A DNA stretch of 32,000 bases, taken from NCBI RefSeq assembly GCF_003428155.1, contig NZ_QLIR01000010.1, positions 30,001 through 62,000 of the forward strand, given 5' to 3'. The position numbers and the translations under genes were made by a program. The stretch's first letter is position 1, and every line of letters starts with the position of its first letter. This DNA is from Fastidiosibacter lacustris. GTDB taxonomy: Bacteria; Pseudomonadota; Gammaproteobacteria; Francisellales; Francisellaceae. This document shows, in pieces, positions 19,245-28,878 of the stretch. Under the pieces are notes generated by a model. That model had not been told where the DNA came from and did not search any database. It worked only from the letters and a program-made list of their open reading frames with translations.

Positions 19245-20617
19245 TGAAAATCATTATTTTAGGTGCAGGACAAGTCGGAAGCTCTCTAGCAAAAAACTTA
19301 CAAAAAGATCACAATATCAGTGTGGTTGATGATAGACCTGAGCGCTTACGCCACATCCAAAACCATTTTGATGTTAAAACCGTATGCGGCTCTGCCTCTC
19401 ATCCTAACGTCCTTGAAGAGGCAGGTGCTAATGATGCAGATATGATTATTGCTGTCACCAATAATGATGAAGTTAATATTGTAGCTTGCCAAATTGCATA
19501 TAGCTTATTTAAAATTCCAACGAAAATCGCACGTCTTCGCAATAAAAACTATGCACGTTATCCGCAAATTTTCAATAATGATAATATTCCTATAGATATG
19601 ATCATCAATCCTTCTGAGCTCGTTACTCAACGCTTAGTACGTTTAGTGGAACACCCTGGAAGCTTCCAGATCGTTGACTTTGCCAATGGGCGCATACAAC
19701 TTGCAGGTAGTGAAATCTCTGAAGACTCCCCTTTGCATGGTATGAGTATTAAAGAATTTCGTCAAGAACTGCCAGATATTGACGCACGTATTGTTGCCAT
19801 TTATCGCAAAAAACAGAATATTCTCATTTCAGCTGATACTATATTACAGAAGTATGATGACGTTTTCTTCATTGCTGAACGTATTAACATTCCTGCAATT
19901 TTGCGTGAGTTTCAACCACACCAAACTGCCTGCCGCAAGCTGTTTATTGCAGGAGGTGGAAACATTGGTATGGGACTTGCAAAAAAACTAGAAAATGATT
20001 ATTTAGTTAAAATTATTGAAAACAATTATGAAAAATGCCATCTTGCTGCCGAGACTTTAAATAATACAACCGTTTTAGCAGGAGATGCTTCTGACGCTGA
20101 ACTTTTAAATGCCGAAAGCATTGATGATACTGACTTGTTTTGTGCTGTTACCAATGATGATGAAGCAAATATTATGTCTGCAATGTTGGCAAAAAAAATG
20201 GGAGCTAAAAGCACAATTGCATTAGTCAATAGCCTAAGTTATGCTGAATTGGTTGATGAAACACAGACGATTGATCGAGCCATCTCGCCCCAGCGCATCA
20301 CTATTGGTGTTATTCAAACTTATTTGCGTAAAGGAGACATGCTCAATATTTACTCACTTTATGGCGGTCAAGCTGAAGCAATGGAAATCGTTGTTCATGG
20401 TACAGTAGATAGCTCACCAATTGTTGGCAAAGCTATTAATGAACTGAACTTACCAAAGTCGATTATTATTGGTGGAATTGTGCGTGAGGATAATATCCTG
20501 ATTGCCCATGACCATTATGTAATCAAATCAGGTGATCATGTGGTTGTGATCATCACAGATATGGATCATATCCGCACTATTGAAAAACTCTTTCAGGTGT
20601 TACCTGTTTTTCTATAA
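19244..20617 (+). CDS. trkA: Trk system potassium uptake peripheral NAD-binding protein TrkA
   Basis: 457 aa; MKIIILGAGQVGSSLAKNL and second RCK FIAGGGNIGMGLAKKLE; two RCK_N/C repeats. Confidence 0.95.
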   Translation: MKIIILGAGQVGSSLAKNLQKDHNISVVDDRPERLRHIQNHFDVKTVCGSASHPNVLEEAGANDADMIIAVTNNDEVNIVACQIAYSLFKIPTKIARLRNKNYARYPQIFNNDNIPIDMIINPSELVTQRLVRLVEHPGSFQIVDFANGRIQLAGSEISEDSPLHGMSIKEFRQELPDIDARIVAIYRKKQNILISADTILQKYDDVFFIAERINIPAILREFQPHQTACRKLFIAGGGNIGMGLAKKLENDYLVKIIENNYEKCHLAAETLNNTTVLAGDASDAELLNAESIDDTDLFCAVTNDDEANIMSAMLAKKMGAKSTIALVNSLSYAELVDETQTIDRAISPQRITIGVIQTYLRKGDMLNIYSLYGGQAEAMEIVVHGTVDSSPIVGKAINELNLPKSIIIGGIVREDNILIAHDHYVIKSGDHVVVIITDMDHIRTIEKLFQVLPVFL

Positions 20618-20681
20618 GTGCCATTAATCATTTTAACCATTAGGTATAAGCAAGCTTCCAATAATAGAGCATTCCAAAATG

Positions 20682-20711
20682 GAAAGTTAATAGACTTTCT
20701 TCTGCTTTTTT
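20682..20711 (+). terminator. Possible rho-independent terminator after trkA
   Basis: GAAAGT-TAATAG-ACTTTC hairpin (20682-20699) then a T-run at 20705-20711. Short stem and a 5-nt gap before the T-run. Confidence 0.3.
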
Positions 20712-20801
20712 TATATGATGTGCACTAGATTATTTTATGAACGTTTATGTCTTTATAGCTTAAACTTCAAGCAACCAAAATTGAAAGAAAAATAGATTCT
20801 T

Positions 20802-22706
20802 ATGATGTTTTATCCACACACTTTTGATGTCATCGTCGTTGGTGGCGGACATGCAGGAACGGAAGCTGCTGCTGCTGCTGCTCGTATGGGAGCAACTACT
20901 TTATTGCTAACGCATAATATTGAAACACTAGGGCAAATGTCCTGTAATCCTGCAATTGGGGGCATTGGGAAAGGACATCTTGTCAAAGAAATCGATGCTT
21001 TAGGCGGTATCATGGCTAAAGCAATTGACAAATCTGGTATTCAATTTCGTACCTTAAATGCCCGTAAAGGTCCTGCTGTGCGTGCAACACGTGCTCAAGC
21101 TGATAGAACACTTTATAAGTTAGCCATACGCAACATCCTTGAAAATCAAAAAAACCTATCCATTTTCCAACAACCTGTTGATGACCTAATCATAGAAAAT
21201 GATCAAGTGACAGGTGTTGTTACCCAAATGGGATTAAGCTTTCGAGCCAAAACTGTTATTCTAACTGTTGGTACGTTTTTAGGTGGAAAGATCCATATTG
21301 GATTTAATAATTACCAAGGTGGACGCGCTGGTGACCAACCAGCTAACGCATTAGCACAAAAATTGCGTGCTTTAACGTTTAATGTTGCGCGTCTTAAAAC
21401 AGGCACCCCTCCTAGAATTGATAAGCGCACAGTTGATTTTTCTGTTATGGCGATTCAAGCTGGAGATGATCCTATTCCATATTTTTCATTTTTTAGTAAA
21501 GGTGATGAACACCCCATACAGGTGCCTTGTCATATCACCTACACTAACCTTAAAACGCATGACATTATTCTTAAAAACCTAGATCGCTCCGCAATGTATG
21601 GTGGAATGATCGATGGGATAGGACCCCGTTATTGCCCTTCTATTGAGGATAAGGTGGTGCGCTTTGCTGATAAAGATCGACATCAAATCTTTGTTGAGCC
21701 AGAAGGCTTAGACAGTATTGAGCTCTATCCAAACGGAATGTCAACGTCGTTACCATTTGATGTGCAACTTGAGTTTATCCGAAGTATTAAAGGCTTTGAG
21801 AACGCTTATATCACGCGTCCAGGTTATGCTATTGAATATGATTTTTTTGATCCTCGTGGACTCCTACCAAGTTTGGAAACCAAACGTGTTGAAAATTTAT
21901 TTTTCGCAGGACAAATTAATGGCACAACAGGTTATGAAGAAGCTGCTGCTCAAGGCGTAATCGCAGGATTAAATGCTGCATTAAAAGTCCAAAAAAAACC
22001 AAGCTGGTCACCAAAAAGAAATGATGCCTATATAGGTGTGCTAATTGATGATTTAATAACAAAAGGGACACAAGAACCTTATCGCATGTTTACTTCACGT
22101 GCCGAGTATCGCTTGGTTTTGCGTGAGGATAATGCAGATGCACGTTTATGTCTAAAAGCCATTGAGCTTGGTTTATTAAGTGAAGAAGACAAGCGTAATT
22201 TTTTAGCCAAGTTACAAACAATTGAAGTAGAAACTGCACGCTTAAAGTCGGTATGGATTTCGCCTAAGAGTACTAAAGCAGAAAAACTAGAAGTGTTATT
22301 AGGTAAGCCAATGAGTAAAGAAAGTAATTTATTTGACTTATTAAAGCGTCCTGAACTTGACTATCAAAGTCTTACTAATATTACCGAGTTAGGTGAGTTT
22401 ATAGATCACACCCAAGCAATTGAGCAAATTGAAATTTCAGCTAAATACGCAGGCTATATTGATAGACAAAATGAAGAAATTCTAGTAATGCAAGCACTAG
22501 AAAACGCACATATTCCAAAAGATTTCGACTACCAAAAAGTTTCAAGTCTATCTAATGAAGTCAGGCAAAAGCTAGACAATCAACGCCCATCCACTTTAGG
22601 AGAAGCATCTCGTATTCAAGGTATAACGCCAGCCGCAATTTCACTGTTAACGATTTACATGAAAAAACTTGGTTTCATAAAAAAACAAGACATACCAACT
22701 ATCTAG
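20802..22706 (+). CDS. mnmG: tRNA uridine-5-carboxymethylaminomethyl(34) synthesis enzyme MnmG (GidA)
   Basis: 634 aa; [74 protein letters not shown]. Confidence 0.97.
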   Translation: MMFYPHTFDVIVVGGGHAGTEAAAAAARMGATTLLLTHNIETLGQMSCNPAIGGIGKGHLVKEIDALGGIMAKAIDKSGIQFRTLNARKGPAVRATRAQADRTLYKLAIRNILENQKNLSIFQQPVDDLIIENDQVTGVVTQMGLSFRAKTVILTVGTFLGGKIHIGFNNYQGGRAGDQPANALAQKLRALTFNVARLKTGTPPRIDKRTVDFSVMAIQAGDDPIPYFSFFSKGDEHPIQVPCHITYTNLKTHDIILKNLDRSAMYGGMIDGIGPRYCPSIEDKVVRFADKDRHQIFVEPEGLDSIELYPNGMSTSLPFDVQLEFIRSIKGFENAYITRPGYAIEYDFFDPRGLLPSLETKRVENLFFAGQINGTTGYEEAAAQGVIAGLNAALKVQKKPSWSPKRNDAYIGVLIDDLITKGTQEPYRMFTSRAEYRLVLREDNADARLCLKAIELGLLSEEDKRNFLAKLQTIEVETARLKSVWISPKSTKAEKLEVLLGKPMSKESNLFDLLKRPELDYQSLTNITELGEFIDHTQAIEQIEISAKYAGYIDRQNEEILVMQALENAHIPKDFDYQKVSSLSNEVRQKLDNQRPSTLGEASRIQGITPAAISLLTIYMKKLGFIKKQDIPTI

Positions 22707-22715
22707 GGAGAAACA

Positions 22716-23135
22716 ATGATCTGGCAAAACATAAAACTCAGTATCAAAAGTATTCTTGTTGCCAGTATGATTTTACTTATTATAGGCTGTGCTACAACTG
22801 CAAAATACAGGGCCATTTTAGATCAATGGCATGAACAGTCTATTGATGATTTTGTTCACATGTGGGGTTATCCAAATAATACACTTAAACTTGAGGATAA
22901 TAAGACAGCTTATGTCTATAGTGACAAACAAATTGTCAGTACCCCTCTTAACCAAATGCCAACAAATATTACAACTGTTCAAAATGGAAATAATACAACC
23001 ATAATTTCAACACCTGGTGCGATTATTGGAGGTCAAACCTATTCCTTATCCTGTACAACGTGGATTGTATTTGATAACAAAACAAAAAAAATTGTCAATA
23101 CAACCTTTCGAGGTAATAACTGTATTGCTTATTAA
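22716..23135 (+). CDS. Small putative lipoprotein, uncharacterised
   Basis: 139 aa; signal peptide and lipobox LLIIGC; starts 10 bp after mnmG with AGGGAG RBS-like sequence; two further cysteines. Confidence 0.65.
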   Translation: MIWQNIKLSIKSILVASMILLIIGCATTAKYRAILDQWHEQSIDDFVHMWGYPNNTLKLEDNKTAYVYSDKQIVSTPLNQMPTNITTVQNGNNTTIISTPGAIIGGQTYSLSCTTWIVFDNKTKKIVNTTFRGNNCIAY

Positions 23136-23413
23136 TTCTATCTTTAATTTTTAAATAAAATTTAAACGCTTTAATTTCATCCTAATTTTAAAGGCTACAA
23201 AATGGATTGCCAAAATAAGAAAACATCGACTTATTAATTTCATTAAAGCTAAAATATAGAATTAATTACCATTTTTTATGATAAATATGTTTTTAGCATG
23301 GAAATACTGCAACTTTTTAAATATAATCGGCTTTAAAGTGATCATTAAGCATTTATGAAATTGCTTTGTGATTTTTTGGGAGAACCATTAATAAACGGTG
23401 ATGAGAGAGAAAA

Positions 23414-24199
23414 ATGAAAGAAGACAATGTTATTTTATTAGTTAGTACAAATCAAGATGATATAATAGCGCTAGAAAATTTACTTCAACGTTATTTGTTC
23501 CAAACAATAGCATGCTCATCGGGCGCTAATGCCCTAGAAATCTTGAGCACTCACAAAAATATTAAACTTGTTATATTGGACGTCTTATTACCAGATATGT
23601 ATGGTATCGAAGTTTGCAAAAACATTCGTGAACGCAATCCTAATATGGCTATTATTTTTGTTTCAAAAATAACAGATGCTACAGAAGTTGTTTTATGCTT
23701 TGAAGCAGGAGCTGATGACTATATTGAAACTCCTTATAATCAGCATATACTTATGGCACGCATTAAATCAAAACTCCGTGACCGCAATACACATCATACA
23801 CCTTATGCAATCACTGGTTCTGTCAAAATTGATGAGCTTAACATTAATGATTATATGCAAATTCAATTTGGTAAATGGGCTTACTATCCGCGTAAATCTT
23901 TGGTAACCCATCCAGATCAAGATGAAATTTACTTAACTGATAAAGAAGGTGCTCTGCTTAAGTTATTACTTTCTGATCCAAGCAAAACTTTTATGCGCGA
24001 AGAAATTGCCAAATATTTGAACCTTAACATAAAAGAAAGCATGATACGTGATGTTAATATCCACGTTCATCGTTTACGTAATAAACTGACTCAAGGACAC
24101 AACTCAAGCTCACCGATTAAGGCTGTGCGTTCTCAAGGTTATACACTTGATTCTTATTTAACTTATATCTATGACGGCAAAGAGGTTTCCTGCTTATAA
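23414..24199 (+). CDS. OmpR-type response regulator with a degenerate receiver domain
   Basis: 261 aa; receiver VILDVLLPDMYGIEVCKNI...EAGADDYIETP; C-terminal winged helix LTDKEGALLKLLLSDPSKTFMREEIAKYLN...RDVNIHVHRLRNKL...IKAVRSQGYTL. RBS-like GAGAGAG just upstream. Confidence 0.85.
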   Translation: MKEDNVILLVSTNQDDIIALENLLQRYLFQTIACSSGANALEILSTHKNIKLVILDVLLPDMYGIEVCKNIRERNPNMAIIFVSKITDATEVVLCFEAGADDYIETPYNQHILMARIKSKLRDRNTHHTPYAITGSVKIDELNINDYMQIQFGKWAYYPRKSLVTHPDQDEIYLTDKEGALLKLLLSDPSKTFMREEIAKYLNLNIKESMIRDVNIHVHRLRNKLTQGHNSSSPIKAVRSQGYTLDSYLTYIYDGKEVSCL

Positions 24200-24549
24200 T
24201 CTTTGGTTTTTTTAATGAGGGAGCTCTGTCTTCGTGTACAGAGTAGCTTAACATATGACTGTGTTATAATTTATAGTTGTAACGTATTTGTCACATATTT
24301 TATAAAATGTACAAACTATCAAATCAGAAATGAACTTGCTGTGGAAATTGGTTATTGTAAAAAAAGTCATTTAAACAATAACGTATCTGCCGCCCTGTCC
24401 AATCCTTTACTCGCACTCAGACACGTTTTTAAGTACGCCCCTATTCAATTAAAAGCACTTGAATTTTAACGTATAGACAACCTGTTTTTATTGAGCAAGA
24501 AAACTAGAGAACGAGATAAAATAAGACTAATCCCATCGTGGTGATTCTC

Positions 24550-26748
24550 TTAAAACCCACTTTCTTTGACCCATAAAATAAGGATTTGTTGCCATAAACT
24601 TGCAGCTAAAGACTTTCTTGCAATATTAATAAAGACTTTACCTCGAATGACGTGGGACAAATTATATTGAGGTGAAGCCGTTGGCTTTAATAATAAAAGG
24701 AAAATGCTTTCCTGAGGAGTCAGTTTTCCTTCATTGTCAGGCTTTACTGCAATGCTACCACCAAAGATTGAAGCGTGATATGTGCTAAGAGGAACTGCTT
24801 TATGAATATAGCTAAGGTTAGCCTTATTTTGATTTTGTGACAGTAATAGACTTGCATGGGAGCTTATGATTTGCGTAATAATCACAGGAGTTTTAGTAAA
24901 ATCGATGTTTTCAGGTACGAAATATCCGCTTTGATTATTGGTGAGTTTATCGTATTTTTTGGTATCGATATAAGCATGAAGTTGAATTTGATCTTTATTG
25001 ACAAGCATCATTAGTGCTTGTTTGGCTTTTAGCCATGCTCCAATTTGTAAATCTTCAGATAATGACTCTACAACCCCATCGAATGGTGCATAAAAGTACA
25101 ATTTTTCCTGTTCTTTTTGTAATTGATTAAGCTCTGTTTGAGTTTGACTGATTTGAGTCATAAGAACTTGTTGTTGTTCAAGCTGAGTTTGAAAATGGAC
25201 GATATTACGTTGTTGCCACTTAAGTTGTATAAGCTTTTGTTTAGTTTGTACAATTTTAAAATTTAACTTATCAGATTCTAGAACTGCTAAAAGCTCACCT
25301 TTCTTGATTGTTTGTCCTTTTTTAACGTATATATTGACGACTTTTGCACCTATCTCAGTGTAGAGGGTTTGTGTTTGATATGACATGGTAGCAGGTAAGG
25401 AAATTTGGCTTTGCCAAGGGGTGAAAAAAATCAATATGAGTAACAATAGGATAGAAGTTAAAATAATAGTATGCTTATTAAGTTTAATTCTGCTTTTAAT
25501 GGTCCACCAAACCTTTAATTCACGATAAATAGGATGTAAGATAAAATAAATGATTTCAATTGCAAAAAGGATAATCCCTAGTGCTTTAAAAAATAGGTGA
25601 TAAACCATTAAAGCAATACCAAAAAATAGAAAAAAACGATAAATCCAATTTAGAATTGCATAAGTGATGAGGATGTGTTGCCTAGAGATATTAAAATATT
25701 CTGGCATCGGTGCATTTAGTCCAAAGAGTATTTCTCTGATTTTCCATCTTGTTAGAGCAAAACTTCTGGTTTGAAGGTTTCGCATACTCAAAATATCAGA
25801 TAGAACATGATAGCCATCAAACCTTAAAAAAGGACTGATATTGATCAAATAGGTTGTCATTAAGCTATATGTTGCAAGAAAGAAACAGATACTTTTAAGT
25901 GCGCCTTCTGGAAATAGAAGCCATGCCCACAAAGCAAAAATAGCTATATAAGTTTCTGTAATAACGCCAGCTAGTGCAATCGTAATACGTTCTTTCGGGT
26001 CGTTGACTTTCCAGCTTTCCCCTGTGTCAGTGTAAAGCATAGGGAACATAACAAGAAAGGCAACTCCCATTACAGGCACGTTAAGAGCAAATTTTTTACA
26101 CATTAAAGCATGACCTAGTTCATGGCAGCTTTTGGCAAAAATTAACGCAATGGCATAAAGTAAAATATATTCAATTGAAAATAAAGCAAAAAAAGTATTG
26201 GTAAACTGATCCCATTCGCGCAAAGTAAAGATAAGTGCAAATATTCCAAGAAATGTCATGATAAAAGCAAACGTTTTACCAAGCATAAAGCGAAAATAAG
26301 GATAGATTCTATCTAAAAACTTATTAGGTTTAACAAGTGGAACTCGAAAGAATAAATAATTTTTAACAAGCCATAAAAACCAGTTACTCTTTTTAAGAGA
26401 TTGAATTTTATTGATACTTTTTAATATGGGGTAGTTTTGCTCAATTAGGCAGTTTTGTGATAAAAACTTAAGCATTTGACTTAAATCTTCTTCAGAAATT
26501 TGTGCTAAGGATTTACTTTTTATATCTTTAATAAACTCAGCAGGTGGGACGCTTTGCCAATAGTGTAAAATTTCATGTTCTTTCCAACCTAAATGAAAAA
26601 AGCGATTATTTAATGTGTCTTGAACAATCCAAGTTGGGCTGTTATTAAAATCCATACCTCCTTTCTCTAAGGTAACTCCTAAGCGAAGGGGTGGAAGTAT
26701 TTCTGGTAGTTCTGTCATATTTTGCATTTGCATAGTGTTACCACCCAA
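24550..26748 (-). CDS. PqqD-like / M50 site-2-protease-like membrane module fused to a HlyD-type periplasmic adaptor
   Basis: 732 aa; CHELGHALMCKKFALNVPVMG (HExxH) and NISPFLRFDGYHVLSDIL (DG motif) embedded in TM segments. C-terminal biotinyl-lipoyl-like halves YTEIGAKVVNIYVKKGQTIKKGELLAVLES and APFDGVVESL with a coiled coil between. Confidence 0.82.
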   Translation of the reverse strand: MGGNTMQMQNMTELPEILPPLRLGVTLEKGGMDFNNSPTWIVQDTLNNRFFHLGWKEHEILHYWQSVPPAEFIKDIKSKSLAQISEEDLSQMLKFLSQNCLIEQNYPILKSINKIQSLKKSNWFLWLVKNYLFFRVPLVKPNKFLDRIYPYFRFMLGKTFAFIMTFLGIFALIFTLREWDQFTNTFFALFSIEYILLYAIALIFAKSCHELGHALMCKKFALNVPVMGVAFLVMFPMLYTDTGESWKVNDPKERITIALAGVITETYIAIFALWAWLLFPEGALKSICFFLATYSLMTTYLINISPFLRFDGYHVLSDILSMRNLQTRSFALTRWKIREILFGLNAPMPEYFNISRQHILITYAILNWIYRFFLFFGIALMVYHLFFKALGIILFAIEIIYFILHPIYRELKVWWTIKSRIKLNKHTIILTSILLLLILIFFTPWQSQISLPATMSYQTQTLYTEIGAKVVNIYVKKGQTIKKGELLAVLESDKLNFKIVQTKQKLIQLKWQQRNIVHFQTQLEQQQVLMTQISQTQTELNQLQKEQEKLYFYAPFDGVVESLSEDLQIGAWLKAKQALMMLVNKDQIQLHAYIDTKKYDKLTNNQSGYFVPENIDFTKTPVIITQIISSHASLLLSQNQNKANLSYIHKAVPLSTYHASIFGGSIAVKPDNEGKLTPQESIFLLLLKPTASPQYNLSHVIRGKVFINIARKSLAASLWQQILILWVKESGF

Positions 26749-28078
26749 AGAATTGTCTTAGCGTTGTGATCGGTTTTCTAAATAAGTAATAGAATAAACT
26801 TACATTTTCCCCCATCAACTTGGCGGTTCCTTGACTACCAATTTTAGGAAGTGATTGATTGGAATCAAGGTAAGCAATGACTTGATAAGCAAGCACTTGA
26901 GAAGGTGTAATAGTAGCTTCGAAACTTGAATATTCAATTATGCCATAAACAGGGTTAAGTGGATCAGCATTTAAAAATAGCTTAACTTTATCACCCTTTT
27001 GAAAGTTAATTGCATCAGATACAGGTAACCAAATTTCGATTTCGATTTGATTAGGAATAGCAACTTGCATAACGTTTTCACCCGTGACAACTGGTTTACC
27101 AATCCATTGATTGGGAGTGTCAATAATAGCGATACCATCTATTGTGCTTCTTACATAAGATTCTTCAATCAAATGACGCGTATAATTAACCTCTAATGCT
27201 TTTTCTTGCATTTGAGCTTGTAAAACTTGAATTTCAGCACGTTTTTCTATGTCCTGGTAACTACTTTGAACAGCTGTTTTGTATTTTGCTGTTGCAGTGG
27301 CAAGTTCTTTTTGAGCAAGCTCATTAGCATTGACTAAATCACGCTTATCCATATCAAACAAAATTTCGCCTCTACGCACATATTGCTCAGGCATGACAGC
27401 AATATTTTCAATTACGCCTTCCATTGGTACAGTAATAATTGCAGGATCCTTGGCAATAATAGAAGCAGGTGCTAAAACGCTTTGTGGTACACGAATGAAC
27501 ATAGCACTCAGAATGATAACAATGAACAACCAAACAAGGCGTCTTCGTTTGCTTTTGAAGTAATATTTAATTCTGCCCAACAAGCCATTTGGTTTGCTTA
27601 AGTGTGACCATGCTTGATTGTATGAAAGAGAAATCCAATCGAATTGTTTTAGTTCATTTTCATTTAACATATCTGGGTTTAATAGAATGACCCCACCAAT
27701 AATATCTTTATTAAGGTTGCGAAAGAAATAGATATGAGCATACTTTGCAAGTGGTTCAAGCCATCTTGTTGCAACAGCTTCTGCTACATCATCAATATTT
27801 AGAATCAGTAGATCTTTACTTTGATCATAATGGGTAATAATTTTGCTAATAAATTGATTAGCTGAAATTTGATAAGGACTGGTACCGTTGAGTTGGGTGA
27901 TACCTGAGACACTCAAAATTTTTATGTTTTTATTTTGCCAAGAACTCCACACAATAGCACGTTGATATTCAGCAACAAGTTTGGTTTGGTGCGCGATAAA
28001 AAAAGCAAGTTCATTTAAAGTGTGGATTTCACGCATTTCTTGTTGTAAAGAGAGTAAATTAGCTAATACATCTTTCAT
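26738..28078 (-). CDS. HlyD-family adaptor with N-terminal GAF-like cytoplasmic domain
   Basis: 446 aa; N-terminal about 180 aa GAF-like, then basic stretch and TM (KSKRRRLVWLFIVIILSAMFI), then adaptor hairpin/lipoyl halves (ITVPMEGVIENIAVMPEQYVRRGEILFDMD; STIDGIAIID). Overlaps the next gene by 11 bp. Confidence 0.78.
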   Translation of the reverse strand: MKDVLANLLSLQQEMREIHTLNELAFFIAHQTKLVAEYQRAIVWSSWQNKNIKILSVSGITQLNGTSPYQISANQFISKIITHYDQSKDLLILNIDDVAEAVATRWLEPLAKYAHIYFFRNLNKDIIGGVILLNPDMLNENELKQFDWISLSYNQAWSHLSKPNGLLGRIKYYFKSKRRRLVWLFIVIILSAMFIRVPQSVLAPASIIAKDPAIITVPMEGVIENIAVMPEQYVRRGEILFDMDKRDLVNANELAQKELATATAKYKTAVQSSYQDIEKRAEIQVLQAQMQEKALEVNYTRHLIEESYVRSTIDGIAIIDTPNQWIGKPVVTGENVMQVAIPNQIEIEIWLPVSDAINFQKGDKVKLFLNADPLNPVYGIIEYSSFEATITPSQVLAYQVIAYLDSNQSLPKIGSQGTAKLMGENVSLFYYLFRKPITTLRQFFGW

Positions 28079-28080
28079 TT

Positions 28081-28878
28081 TTAACCCTCTTTTCTATCAG
28101 TCACTTTATTTATTTTAAAATGAGCAATTCCACTCATACCTGAGAAAAGCATATCCGTGTTGAGAGTGGATGATTCATCATTTTTAACAAGTTTGCCATA
28201 AACTAAAATTGATTGGCTTGCTGGATCTATTTGACTAACAATTTTAATAACTTGACCAGTAAGTTTTATATTAGGTAGCTCCTCTAACATTAAACTAAAG
28301 TTCGTCCCAATATGAATTTTGCTTAACCATGAAGACGGTATGTACATTTTGACTTCAAGCTCTCGATTATCAACGATTTCAAGCAATGGATCATCTGTTT
28401 TAACCATTTCATTTTCTTGAGCGGATTGATGAACGACTTCACCGTTATAAGGTGCAATAATTTGGCATTGACGTTGCTGGAATAAAATGATATCGAGGTC
28501 GGCTTTAGCAATCTCAGACTGACTTTTTGCTTTTGCCAAATCCATTTTACTGGCTGAGTTTAGACGCATAAGTTCAGTTGTACTTTGTAATAAAGCATCA
28601 GCCGCCTCAAGCTCAGCGCGAGCACGTAGCATTTTGAGGTCAATTTCTTCACAATCAAATTGTAAAAGTACCTCTCCTTTTTTAAAGACATCTCCTGGTC
28701 GAAAATAAATTTTTTGAATAGTCCCTGTCATTGGACTAGAAAGAGAAGCTTTGTTAATTGGGAAAACAGAGGCATATGTGCTTTGTTCGCCGGCATCGGT
28801 AAGTTGTTGAAAAGGGGTTATGCCATAAGAAAAACTAAGCAACATAAACAAGGAGATAAATAAACTGCATGATTTCAT
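28081..28878 (-). CDS. Short periplasmic adaptor (RND/HlyD MFP-like) protein
   Basis: 265 aa; signal peptide; ASLSSPMTGTIQKIYFRPGDVFKKGEVLLQFDCEE and APYNGEVVHQSAQENEMVKTDDPLLEIVD lipoyl halves with a short coiled coil. Confidence 0.82.
   Translation of the reverse strand: MKSCSLFISLFMLLSFSYGITPFQQLTDAGEQSTYASVFPINKASLSSPMTGTIQKIYFRPGDVFKKGEVLLQFDCEEIDLKMLRARAELEAADALLQSTTELMRLNSASKMDLAKAKSQSEIAKADLDIILFQQRQCQIIAPYNGEVVHQSAQENEMVKTDDPLLEIVDNRELEVKMYIPSSWLSKIHIGTNFSLMLEELPNIKLTGQVIKIVSQIDPASQSILVYGKLVKNDESSTLNTDMLFSGMSGIAHFKINKVTDRKEG

Noticed and set aside
20810-21960. ORFs 20810-21031 (-), 21382-21582 (+) and 21718-21960 (+) within mnmG
   Set aside because: Alternative-frame ORFs in a highly conserved gene whose own frame is intact.
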